Shown here in pieces: positions 10,329-17,746 of a stretch of 64,000 bases of DNA. The DNA is from an uncultured Collinsella sp. (GTDB taxonomy: Bacteria; Actinomycetota; Coriobacteriia; Coriobacteriales; Coriobacteriaceae). The notes beneath the pieces are model-generated. The model saw only the letters and a list, made by a program, of their open reading frames with translations. It had not been told where the DNA came from and did not search any database. The stretch is taken from the NCBI GenBank assembly GCA_937925735.1, contig CALAMK010000018.1, forward strand, positions 48,572-112,571, written 5' to 3'. Made by a program: the position numbers and the translations under genes. How positions within the stretch are numbered: the stretch's first letter is position 1; every line of letters starts with the position of its first letter.

Positions 10329-10733
10329 GTGGCAGGTATGTCGGAAGCAACTAGGACTCGCACGCATGCGCCCGAGGTTAGGCAGCGCGCCGTCGAGATC
10401 CTCCAAGAGGGGGTCGGTCACCGCGCCCTCGCCGCAAAGCTTGGCATTCCCCAGGCCACGGCTCGTCAGTGGGCCCGCGCATATGCCGTGGGCGGTACCG
10501 ACGCCGTGCTCAATGCGGGCGCTCGCCATCACACCTATTCGTACGACGTAAAGCTCGCCGTGGTTAAGGACCGTTTGGAAAACGGCCTGACGGTTCGCGA
10601 GGCTATGATCAAGCACAAGATTCCCAGCGAGTCTTCAGTCAAGGCTTGGTGCCGCCAGTATCGCGAGAGCGGTGAGTCCGCGCTGGTCGATAAGCCGCGC
10701 GGTCGCAAGCCGCGCGTTAAAAAGGCGGAATAG
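10329..10733 (+). CDS. stand-alone IS3-family OrfA-like helix-turn-helix protein (transposase helper remnant; no catalytic OrfB partner present)
   Basis: 134 aa with two HTH-like segments and a KPRGRKPR basic tail typical of IS3/IS150 OrfA. No DDE transposase ORF follows. Lies in a lower-GC tract (10060-10330 AT-rich). Confidence 0.5.
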   Translation: MAGMSEATRTRTHAPEVRQRAVEILQEGVGHRALAAKLGIPQATARQWARAYAVGGTDAVLNAGARHHTYSYDVKLAVVKDRLENGLTVREAMIKHKIPSESSVKAWCRQYRESGESALVDKPRGRKPRVKKAE

Positions 10734-10744
10734 CGAACGGGATG

Positions 10745-10770
10745 GTGCGCCCACAGGGGCGCATTTTTCT
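10745..10770 (+). terminator. terminator after HTH gene
   Basis: GCGCCC-acag-GGGCGC hairpin followed by ATTTTTCTTG. Confidence 0.6.
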
Positions 10771-10914
10771 TGCCGCCCCTCTGCTCCAATGCGGACAGAC
10801 TCCTTACCCCGCACGTACAAAACTCCCCAGTTGACCGAAAACCCGCCGCCGTTACTCCTCAATTGAGCTATAACGTTAAACAATTGCAGCGTTTTTGCAT
10901 GGGGGAGTGATGGT

Positions 10915-13797
10915 ATGACGCTACTGTATTTCCTTACCCTGTTTCCGCTGGTGCCGGCGCTGGGCATGCTGCTCGCGCGCGGTGACCGCGCCCGCGATGC
11001 GGTGGGGCTCATAGGTTCCGGCATCATTATGGCGGTGACAGTTGTAGTCGCCGTCATGTTTTTTGGCGCGGGCCCGCAGAGCTTTGAGGTTGCCTCCGGC
11101 ACCTCGCATGTGCTCTCGATCATCAGCTCCGCCATCGATGTCATCCTGTGCGCCGTCATCCTATACAACGCGTATAAATATAGGAACGCGCTCACCACGG
11201 TGCTCGGCATAGTCCAGCTGGTGGGCTCGCTCGCCTTTGCAGCCATGACGCTGCCCGCGGCCGAAGCCGTCACCGCAACGCCGCTCTACCTGGACTATAT
11301 GAGCGTGATCATGGTCCTCGCCGTCGGCATTGTCGGCAGCCTGATCTGCGTGTATGCCCTGGGCTACATGAAGGACTTCCAGGCCCACGACGAGCACGAG
11401 GCCGCGCTGCGCGGGCAGACCGCGCCCGACCGACGGCCGCAGTTCCTGGCGCTTATGTTCCTGTTCCTCTCGGCCATGTTCGTCATCGTGACGAGCGACA
11501 ACCTTGAGTGGTTGTTCTGCGGCTGGGAAATCACCACCGTGTGCTCGTTCCTCATGATTGGCTACACGCGCACGCCCGAGGCCATCAAGAACGCCTTTAC
11601 CCAGATCATCCTCAACATGCTGGGCGGCATCGCGTTTTTGGTCGGACTCATGTACCTGCACGTTAACGGCATGCCGCTGACCATCTCGGGCATGATTGAG
11701 CTTTCCGGCGCCGGAACCGCGCAATCCGCGCTGCTGGTGATGCCGGTCATTCTGCTGTCGCTCGCCGCACTCACCAAGGCCGCACAGATGCCGTTCCACA
11801 CTTGGCTGCTTGGCGCCATGGTTGCCCCCACGCCCACGAGCGCCCTGCTGCACTCGTCCACCATGGTCAAAGCCGGCGTGTTCCTGATGGTCAAGCTGAG
11901 CCCGCTCTATGCCATCTATCCCGTGACCGGCTTTATGGTCACGAGCGTGGGTGCCATCACGTTTTTGCTCGCCGCCCTCATGGCCATCTCGCAGAGCAAC
12001 GCCAAGCGCGTGCTCGCGTACTCCACCATTTCCAACTTGGGCCTCATCAGTGCCTGCTTGGGTGTCGGCGCGCCCGAGGCCGTATGGGCGGCCATCTTCC
12101 TGATCCTGTTCCACACGGTGGCAAAGTCGCTGCTGTTCCTGTGCGTGGGCACGGCCGAGCATCATATCGGCAGCCGCAATATCGAGGACATGGACGGTAT
12201 GTTCAGCCGCATGCCGCACCTGACGCGCCTGATGATGCTGGGCATCATGGGCATGTTTGTGGCGCCGTTTGGCATGCTCGTGTCCAAGTGGGGCGCCCTG
12301 GTGGCGTTCGCGCAGACCGGCAACGTGCTCATGATCATGGTGTTGGCCTTTGGCTCGGCTGCGACGTTTTACTTCTGGGGCAAGTGGCTTGCCAAGCTTT
12401 CGGGCGTCGACCCCACGGCTCAAAACGTTGAGGTCAATGTCCATAAGACCGAATGGATGGCGCTCAACACCATCGCCGCGCTGCTGATTCTGTGCTGCGT
12501 GGCCTTCCCGCTCATCTCGAGCGGTCTGGTGTCGCCTTACCTGGCCATGGTGTTTGGCCGCGTGCCGTACGTTATTGGCAAGGACGCCATGTATCTGATG
12601 GTGGTTATCGTGGCGTTTATCGCCGTGGTGCTGCTGACTTCATTCCGCGTGAGCAACAAACCGCACGTCAACGTGTACCTTTCGGGCGTGGGAACCGACA
12701 AATATCGCCATTTCCGCGGCTCGATGGGTCACGAGGTAAAGGCCGAAAAGCGCAATTGGTACTCGGAGGACGCCCTTGGCGAGAAGCGTATTGGCCCCGC
12801 GGGTAGCGTCGTGTGCTGCAGTATTATTTTGTTTGCGCTGCTGTGTTGCGCGTGGATTGGGCCCGAGCGGCTTGCCATGAGCGCGCCCTCGGTGCTGCGT
12901 GGCAAGTATTTTGAAGGTTCGGGTGTCGTGGGCATCTTTATTGGCACCGTGGCGTTTGCCCTGCTGGCGCCGCTTGTGGGCGGCCTGATCGACGGCGTTG
13001 ACCGTAAGCTTTCGGCTCGCATGCAGGGCCGTGTGGGCCCGCGCTTGCTGCAGCCCTTCTACGACGTTGCCAAGCTGCTGCGCAAGGCCCCCGCCAGCGT
13101 AAACACCATGGACGATACCTACATGGCGTGCGCGCTCATCTTTACCGTGGTGGGCGGCGGCATCTTTGTGTCGGGTTCCAACACGCTGTTGTGCGCCTTT
13201 ATGGTGACGCTCGCCGCGATCTTTGTGGTGTTGGCGTCCGCCTCGACGCAAAGCCCGTTTGCCCAGGTTGGCGCCGACCGCGAGCTGCTGCAGGTTATGA
13301 GTTACGAGCCCGCCGTTCTGCTGATGAGCGTGGGTCTGTACCTTGCCACCGATAGCTTCGATTCCATCGCCGTGACGGGGCAGTCGGCCCCCATCATCGT
13401 GTACAGCGCGCCCATTTTCCTCGCGCTGCTCGCGGTGCTCACCATCAAGCTGCGCAAGTCGCCGTTTGACCTTTCGTACTCGCATCACGCGCATCAGGAG
13501 ATCGTCCAGGGCGTTGCCACCGAGATGAGCGGCGGCACGCTGGCCAAGATGACCCTTATGCACTGGTGCGAGACCGTGCTGTTTTTGATGTGGGTGGGCA
13601 TGTTCTTTGTCTGGGACAACCCGGTGAGCTGGGTGGTCGCCCTGGTCGTGATGGCTGCGACGTACTTTGTCGAGGTGCTGATCGACAACACCTTCGCGCG
13701 CAGCACCTGGCGCAGCTGCTTTAAGCTCGGATGGGGCGTGGCGCTGGTGTTTGGCCTGCTCAACCTTATGCCCATCCTCGTCGACGTGTTTATTTAG
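10915..13797 (+). CDS. Ech/Hyc-type hydrogenase membrane subunits, fused EchA (NuoL/MnhA-type antiporter-like) + EchB (NuoH/HycD-like)
   Basis: 960-aa polytopic protein. N-terminal ~620 aa has NuoL/HycC-like signatures (WLFCGWEITTVCSFLMIGY...). C-terminal ~300 aa has NuoH/HycD signatures (RKLSARMQGRVGPRLLQPFYDVAKLLRK...SPFDLSYSHHAHQEIVQGVATEMSGG). Single frame, no stop between the two parts. Good RBS GGGGGAG before ATG 10915. Confidence 0.8.
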   Translation: MTLLYFLTLFPLVPALGMLLARGDRARDAVGLIGSGIIMAVTVVVAVMFFGAGPQSFEVASGTSHVLSIISSAIDVILCAVILYNAYKYRNALTTVLGIVQLVGSLAFAAMTLPAAEAVTATPLYLDYMSVIMVLAVGIVGSLICVYALGYMKDFQAHDEHEAALRGQTAPDRRPQFLALMFLFLSAMFVIVTSDNLEWLFCGWEITTVCSFLMIGYTRTPEAIKNAFTQIILNMLGGIAFLVGLMYLHVNGMPLTISGMIELSGAGTAQSALLVMPVILLSLAALTKAAQMPFHTWLLGAMVAPTPTSALLHSSTMVKAGVFLMVKLSPLYAIYPVTGFMVTSVGAITFLLAALMAISQSNAKRVLAYSTISNLGLISACLGVGAPEAVWAAIFLILFHTVAKSLLFLCVGTAEHHIGSRNIEDMDGMFSRMPHLTRLMMLGIMGMFVAPFGMLVSKWGALVAFAQTGNVLMIMVLAFGSAATFYFWGKWLAKLSGVDPTAQNVEVNVHKTEWMALNTIAALLILCCVAFPLISSGLVSPYLAMVFGRVPYVIGKDAMYLMVVIVAFIAVVLLTSFRVSNKPHVNVYLSGVGTDKYRHFRGSMGHEVKAEKRNWYSEDALGEKRIGPAGSVVCCSIILFALLCCAWIGPERLAMSAPSVLRGKYFEGSGVVGIFIGTVAFALLAPLVGGLIDGVDRKLSARMQGRVGPRLLQPFYDVAKLLRKAPASVNTMDDTYMACALIFTVVGGGIFVSGSNTLLCAFMVTLAAIFVVLASASTQSPFAQVGADRELLQVMSYEPAVLLMSVGLYLATDSFDSIAVTGQSAPIIVYSAPIFLALLAVLTIKLRKSPFDLSYSHHAHQEIVQGVATEMSGGTLAKMTLMHWCETVLFLMWVGMFFVWDNPVSWVVALVVMAATYFVEVLIDNTFARSTWRSCFKLGWGVALVFGLLNLMPILVDVFI

Positions 13798-13809
13798 GAG
13801 GCGGCATCC

Positions 13810-14397
13810 ATGGATCATAAAATGTCGCGCTCGCCGTGGGTTATTCATTACGACGGCTCGAGCTGCAACGGATGCGATATCGAGGTGCTGGCCTCGCTCA
13901 CGCCACTGTTCGATGCGGAGCGCTTTGGCGTGGTCAACACCGGCAACCCCAAGCATGCGGACATCTTTTTGGTGACGGGGTCGGTCAATGCCCAGAACCT
14001 GCCCGTCGTGCGCCAGATCTACAACCAGATGCTCGAGCCCAAGTGCGTGGTGGCGTGCGGCATCTGCGCGTGCTCGGGCGGCGTATTCCGCGATGCCTAC
14101 AACGTAATCGGCGGCGTGGACCGCGCGATTCCCGTGGACGTGTACGCGCCCGGGTGCGCCATTCGCCCCGAGACCGTGATCGATGCCATCGTGGAGGCGT
14201 GCGGCATCCTGGACCAGAAGGAGGCCGTGATGCGCGCCGGCGGCGACCCGCTCACCGTGGGCGGCGCCGCTACCTGGGACGGTGGCGTTGAGTTGGGCGA
14301 GGACGGGTTTGTGGCCGCGGGGGCCGGGGCTGACGGTGCCGGTGGCGCGCCTGCCGGGAAGCCCGCCGCGCCCGCCGCTGCAAAGGAGGCTGAGTAA
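13810..14397 (+). CDS. echC: [NiFe] hydrogenase small subunit, NuoB-like (EchC/HycG-type) with Gly/Ala-rich C-terminal tail
   Basis: CNGC...GNPKHADIFLVTGSV...CGICACSGG...VDVYAPGCAIRPE: the NuoB-family Fe-S cysteine pattern. RBS GGAGG upstream. Confidence 0.8.
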   Translation: MDHKMSRSPWVIHYDGSSCNGCDIEVLASLTPLFDAERFGVVNTGNPKHADIFLVTGSVNAQNLPVVRQIYNQMLEPKCVVACGICACSGGVFRDAYNVIGGVDRAIPVDVYAPGCAIRPETVIDAIVEACGILDQKEAVMRAGGDPLTVGGAATWDGGVELGEDGFVAAGAGADGAGGAPAGKPAAPAAAKEAE

Positions 14398-15113
14398 TGC
14401 AGAAGGCTATCTATACCACCGTCGGGATCGACGAGCTCCTGTCGCATGTCCAGGCGCTCAAGGGCGTCGGCGCGCGCTTTGTGCAAATGCACGCCGAGCG
14501 CAACGTCGACGACGGCACGTATCGCCTGGTCTATACGTTTATCAACGTTCGTGCTGCACAGGAGCAGATCGCTCAGGATGGTAGCTATGCGATCGAGAAC
14601 CTGGTGGTCGAGGGCATCGACCAGTACCAGGAGATTCCGTCCATCAGCTCGTACTATCCGGCGGTGTTCCCGTTTGAGAACGAGGCACACGATCTGTTTG
14701 GGCTTGCCATCACCGACATGCAGATCGACTTTAAGGGCTTTTTCTACCAGGTCTCAACGGCCGAGCCCATGAGCGTTATCACGCCCGAGGTGAAGGCCGC
14801 GCGCGAGAAGGCCATGAAGGTCCGTGCCGCCGCAGAGGCCAAGGCGCGCAAGGCTGCGGCCGAGAAGGCTGCTGCCGCTGCTGCCGCGGGGGAGGGCGCC
14901 GCGGGTGCCGGCGATGCTGCGAACGCTGTTGCCGCCCAGCCCGCTGCGGCTACCGGCTCCGATGCTCAGCATGACGATGCTGCTGCCAAGACCGCGCTCA
15001 AGGCTGCCGAGATGGAGGCAAAGCTCGCCGCCATGGATCCCGAGAAAGCGGCCAAAGTCCGCGCGGCGCTTGCCGCCAAAGCCGCCCGCGATAAGCAGAA
15101 AAAGGAGGCGTAA
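14397..15113 (+). CDS. echD: hydrogenase NuoC-like 30 kDa subunit (EchD-type) with ~100-aa Ala/Lys/Glu-rich C-terminal tail
   Basis: Start overlaps the echC stop (TAATG). N-terminal 140 aa NuoC-like. C-terminus AKARKAAAEKAAAAAAAGEG...KAARDKQKKEA is low-complexity. Confidence 0.65.
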   Translation: MQKAIYTTVGIDELLSHVQALKGVGARFVQMHAERNVDDGTYRLVYTFINVRAAQEQIAQDGSYAIENLVVEGIDQYQEIPSISSYYPAVFPFENEAHDLFGLAITDMQIDFKGFFYQVSTAEPMSVITPEVKAAREKAMKVRAAAEAKARKAAAEKAAAAAAAGEGAAGAGDAANAVAAQPAAATGSDAQHDDAAAKTALKAAEMEAKLAAMDPEKAAKVRAALAAKAARDKQKKEA

Positions 15114-15118
15114 GGTCC

Positions 15119-16207
15119 ATGGCACATCGCTCCGTTATTCCGTTTGGCCCGCAACACCCGGTGCTGCCCGAGCCGCTTCATCTGGACCTGGTGATCGAGG
15201 ACGACCGCGTTCTCGAGGCAATTCCGCAGATCGGCTTTGTGCACCGCGGACTCGAGAAGCTCACCGAAAAGCGCGACATGCATCAGTTTGGCTACATCGC
15301 CGAGCGCATCTGCGGCATCTGCGCCGTGGGCCACAGCTACGGTTATGCCAGCGCCTGCGAGCGCATGCTCGGCATCGAAGCGCCCGGCCGTGTGCAGTGT
15401 ATCCGCACCATTCTGCATGAGCTTTCGCGCATTCACTCGCACCTGCTGTGGCTGGGCCTGCTCGCCGATGCCTTTGGCTTTGAGGCGCTGTTCTATCGGT
15501 CGTGGACGCTGCGCGAGCAGATTCTCAAGATCTTTGAGAGCACCTGCGGCGGCCGCGTGATTCTGTCGATCAACGAGATCGGCGGCCTTAAGCACGACAT
15601 CGAGGACTCCGAGCTGGCGGGTATTGTCCAGACGCTCGACGCCATGCGCCCCGACTACGAGGCCCTGGTGCATACGTTTTTGGACGACAATAGCTGCGGC
15701 GAGCGCCTGCATGGCGTGGGCGTGATCAGCAAGAAGGACGCGCTGGAGCTTTCGATGGTCGGTCCGTTCGGTCGCGCCTCGGGCGTGGACTACGACGTGC
15801 GTATGTTCGGCGACGGCGCCTATGCGGATCTGGCCGCGTTTGAGCCCATCGTTGCCACAGACGGCGACTGCTATGCCCGCTGCCAGGTGCGTTGTGCCGA
15901 GGTCATGCAGGCCATGGACATTATCAAGGAGCTTGTGGGCAAGATTCCGCACGACGGTATCGGCGGGCGCACCAAGCTTACGCCGGCCGACGGCGCGCGC
16001 GGCGAGGTTGTGATTGAGCAGCCGCGCGGCGAGGCGTACTACTATGTGCGCGGCAACGGCACCAAGAATCTGGACCGTTTTCGCGTGCGCACGCCGACGT
16101 CGCAGAACCTGGCGGGTCTGACGCATGCGCTGCAGGGCGTGCTCCTTGCCAACGTGCCCATGATTATCCTGACCATCGACCCCTGCATTAGCTGCACGGA
16201 AAGGTAG
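15119..16207 (+). CDS. echE: [NiFe] hydrogenase large (catalytic) subunit, Ech-type (NuoD-like)
   Basis: N-terminal ERICGICAVGHS (RxCGxC Ni-ligand motif) and C-terminal DPCISCTER (DPCxxCxxR) both present; 362 aa is typical of group-4 energy-converting hydrogenase large subunits. Confidence 0.85.
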   Translation: MAHRSVIPFGPQHPVLPEPLHLDLVIEDDRVLEAIPQIGFVHRGLEKLTEKRDMHQFGYIAERICGICAVGHSYGYASACERMLGIEAPGRVQCIRTILHELSRIHSHLLWLGLLADAFGFEALFYRSWTLREQILKIFESTCGGRVILSINEIGGLKHDIEDSELAGIVQTLDAMRPDYEALVHTFLDDNSCGERLHGVGVISKKDALELSMVGPFGRASGVDYDVRMFGDGAYADLAAFEPIVATDGDCYARCQVRCAEVMQAMDIIKELVGKIPHDGIGGRTKLTPADGARGEVVIEQPRGEAYYYVRGNGTKNLDRFRVRTPTSQNLAGLTHALQGVLLANVPMIILTIDPCISCTER

Positions 16208-16214
16208 GCGCGGC

Positions 16215-16556
16215 ATGAGTTTACTGACATTTGCCAAGACGGCCTTGGGCTCTATGGTCAAGCAGCCGGTAACGGTGTGCTATCCGCAGGAGAAGCTGGC
16301 GGCGCCCGAGCGCTTGCGCGGGCATATCGTCAACGACATGGATGTGTGCATTTGCTGTGGTATGTGCGCACGTCGCTGCCCGGCGGGCGCGCTCACGGTC
16401 GATCGCAAGGGTGGTACCTGGTCGATTGACCCGTATGCCTGCGTGGTGTGCGGTGAGTGCATCGAAAGCTGTCCCAAACACTGCCTGACTATGGACACCG
16501 CCCGCATTCCAGTTGCGGCGGACAAGACTCCCACGGTAGAAACCAAGCCGGAGTAG
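16215..16556 (+). CDS. echF: 2x[4Fe-4S] ferredoxin-like hydrogenase subunit (NuoI-like, EchF-type)
   Basis: Two CxxCxxCxxxCP clusters: CICCGMCARRCP and CVVCGECIESCP. Confidence 0.8.
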   Translation: MSLLTFAKTALGSMVKQPVTVCYPQEKLAAPERLRGHIVNDMDVCICCGMCARRCPAGALTVDRKGGTWSIDPYACVVCGECIESCPKHCLTMDTARIPVAADKTPTVETKPE

Positions 16557-16576
16557 CGTTGGAATAGAGTTGGAAT

Positions 16577-16611
16577 AGGGGCCGGTGGGGCAAAATTGCC
16601 CCACCGGCCCC
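16577..16611 (+). terminator. strong GC hairpin after ech operon (terminator-like, no U-tract)
   Basis: GGGGCCGGTGGGGC-aaaatt-GCCCCACCGGCCCC, 14-bp perfect stem. Confidence 0.5.
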
Positions 16612-16642
16612 GCGCTTAAACGCGCGGTTGGGCCGCCGCGAA

Positions 16643-16795
16643 CAAAACTATGCCGGATTACGGGGCTGGATAGCGAACCCCCGACCATACCGAAAACCAC
16701 GAAAATAAAACCGCAGGTAGATAGCTTGCTGTTTTTCAAAAAATGAAGGTATGGATGAGGGCTCCGGCTTTAGCCCCGTAATCCGGCATAGTTTT
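16643..16795. repeat. MITE-like hairpin element unit 1 (25-bp perfect terminal inverted repeats, ~150 bp)
   Basis: Left end CAAAACTATGCCGGATTACGGGGCT at 16643-16667; right end AGCCCCGTAATCCGGCATAGTTTTG at 16771-16795. These are exact reverse complements. Confidence 0.8.
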
Positions 16796-16902
16796 GAAAT
16801 GCCACCATATCAGTACCAGCCCCTGATCTCCCGTGGACAGAGGGAAACGGATCATTTTGGTCCCGCGAGGCTTGCGGAGGCACTCGTGCAGGGCCGCCCG
16901 AA

Positions 16903-17046
16903 CAAAACTATGTCGGTTTACTACGATGAATTCGACATTCCCGACCATGACTGCATTTTTCTAAATATTGCAAGCGTTCTACCTGCGGTTTTGCAAGTGC
17001 GCAATTTGCCGTGGTCAAAGGTGGGCGATTCACCGTAGTAAACCGG
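16903..17046. repeat. MITE-like hairpin element unit 2 (26-bp TIR with 2 mismatches, ~145 bp), tandem diverged copy of unit 1
   Basis: Left end CAAAACTATGTCGGTTTACTACGATG; right end CACCGTAGTAAACCGGCATAGTTTTG. Outer 14 bp CAAAACTATGCCGG is shared with unit 1. Flanking GGGCCGCC(G)CGAA and GAAATGSCA are also duplicated, so a ~260-bp tandem duplication. Confidence 0.75.
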
Positions 17047-17116
17047 CATAGTTTTGAAATGGCATTAAAGCGGTAGCAGCCATTTTGCTATGCCGGGGTG
17101 GTCGGCCGTTGGGTAA

Positions 17117-17746
17117 TTACCCTCGCAGGTAGGCAATGGCGATCTGTGTGCGGTTGCGTAGGCCCATTTTGGCAAGGATCGAGCTGATGTGGTTGCGCAC
17201 GGTGCCTTCGCCCATGTATGCCGTGGCGGCAATCTCCTTGTTGTCGAGGCCACGGGCGATGAGCTCGGCGACTTCGAACTCGCGGTCGGTCAGGCTGGCA
17301 AAGGCGGCGGGCCGGCGGGGCGTGCTGGCATCGGCGCCTGTCCCGTCAAAATCGATGTCCTCGATCGCCTTGCCCTCGAGCACGCGTTTGCCGTCCATGA
17401 CCTGCGCCAGCGCTGGCGGAATGGCGGCGACATCGGTCTTGATCAGGTAACCGCGGGCGCCCAGCTTGAGCGCCGACACAATGTACTCGTCATCCGAGAA
17501 CGTCGTCAGAAACACCACGCGCGCTGCAGGATCACGCTCAAGGATCTCGCGTGCCGCCGAAAGACCGTCCCGCCCCGGCATCTGAATGTCGAGCAGTGCG
17601 ATATCGGGTGCGTGTTCGGCATAGAGAGCCGCTGCGTCGTTGCCGTTGGCACCGGTGCCCACCACCTCGATCTGCGGCTGGGCGCCCAGGATAATCTTGA
17701 GCGAATCGACCACTAGGCGGTCGTCGTCGACAACGATGAGCCTCAT
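17117..17746 (-). CDS. two-component response regulator, NarL/LuxR family
   Basis: REC domain (VVDDDRLV...DIALLDIQMPGRDG) plus C-terminal LuxR HTH (LTDREFEVAELIARGLDNKEIAATAYMGEGTVRNHISSILAKMGL). Confidence 0.85.
   Translation of the reverse strand: MRLIVVDDDRLVVDSLKIILGAQPQIEVVGTGANGNDAAALYAEHAPDIALLDIQMPGRDGLSAAREILERDPAARVVFLTTFSDDEYIVSALKLGARGYLIKTDVAAIPPALAQVMDGKRVLEGKAIEDIDFDGTGADASTPRRPAAFASLTDREFEVAELIARGLDNKEIAATAYMGEGTVRNHISSILAKMGLRNRTQIAIAYLRG

Noticed and set aside
11161-16261. Antisense ORFs over the ech operon (11161-12444, 12640-13956, 14966-16261)
   Set aside because: His/Arg/Gly-rich low-complexity translations on the strand opposite clearly recognisable hydrogenase subunits.
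16577-16611. Considered whether the GC hairpin after echF is a riboswitch or REP element
   Set aside because: Single perfect hairpin directly after the last ech gene. Simplest reading is a terminator or transcript-stabilising hairpin, though it lacks a U-tract.
16751-17038. 95-aa ORF across the MITE-like elements
   Set aside because: Lies entirely within the inverted-repeat elements, no RBS, composition unlike neighbouring genes. Considered non-coding.
16620-17110. Possibility that the repeated CAAAACTATGCCGG units are a CRISPR array
   Set aside because: Repeats alternate in orientation (inverted pairs) with unequal spacers and there are only two units. Not a direct-repeat/spacer architecture.
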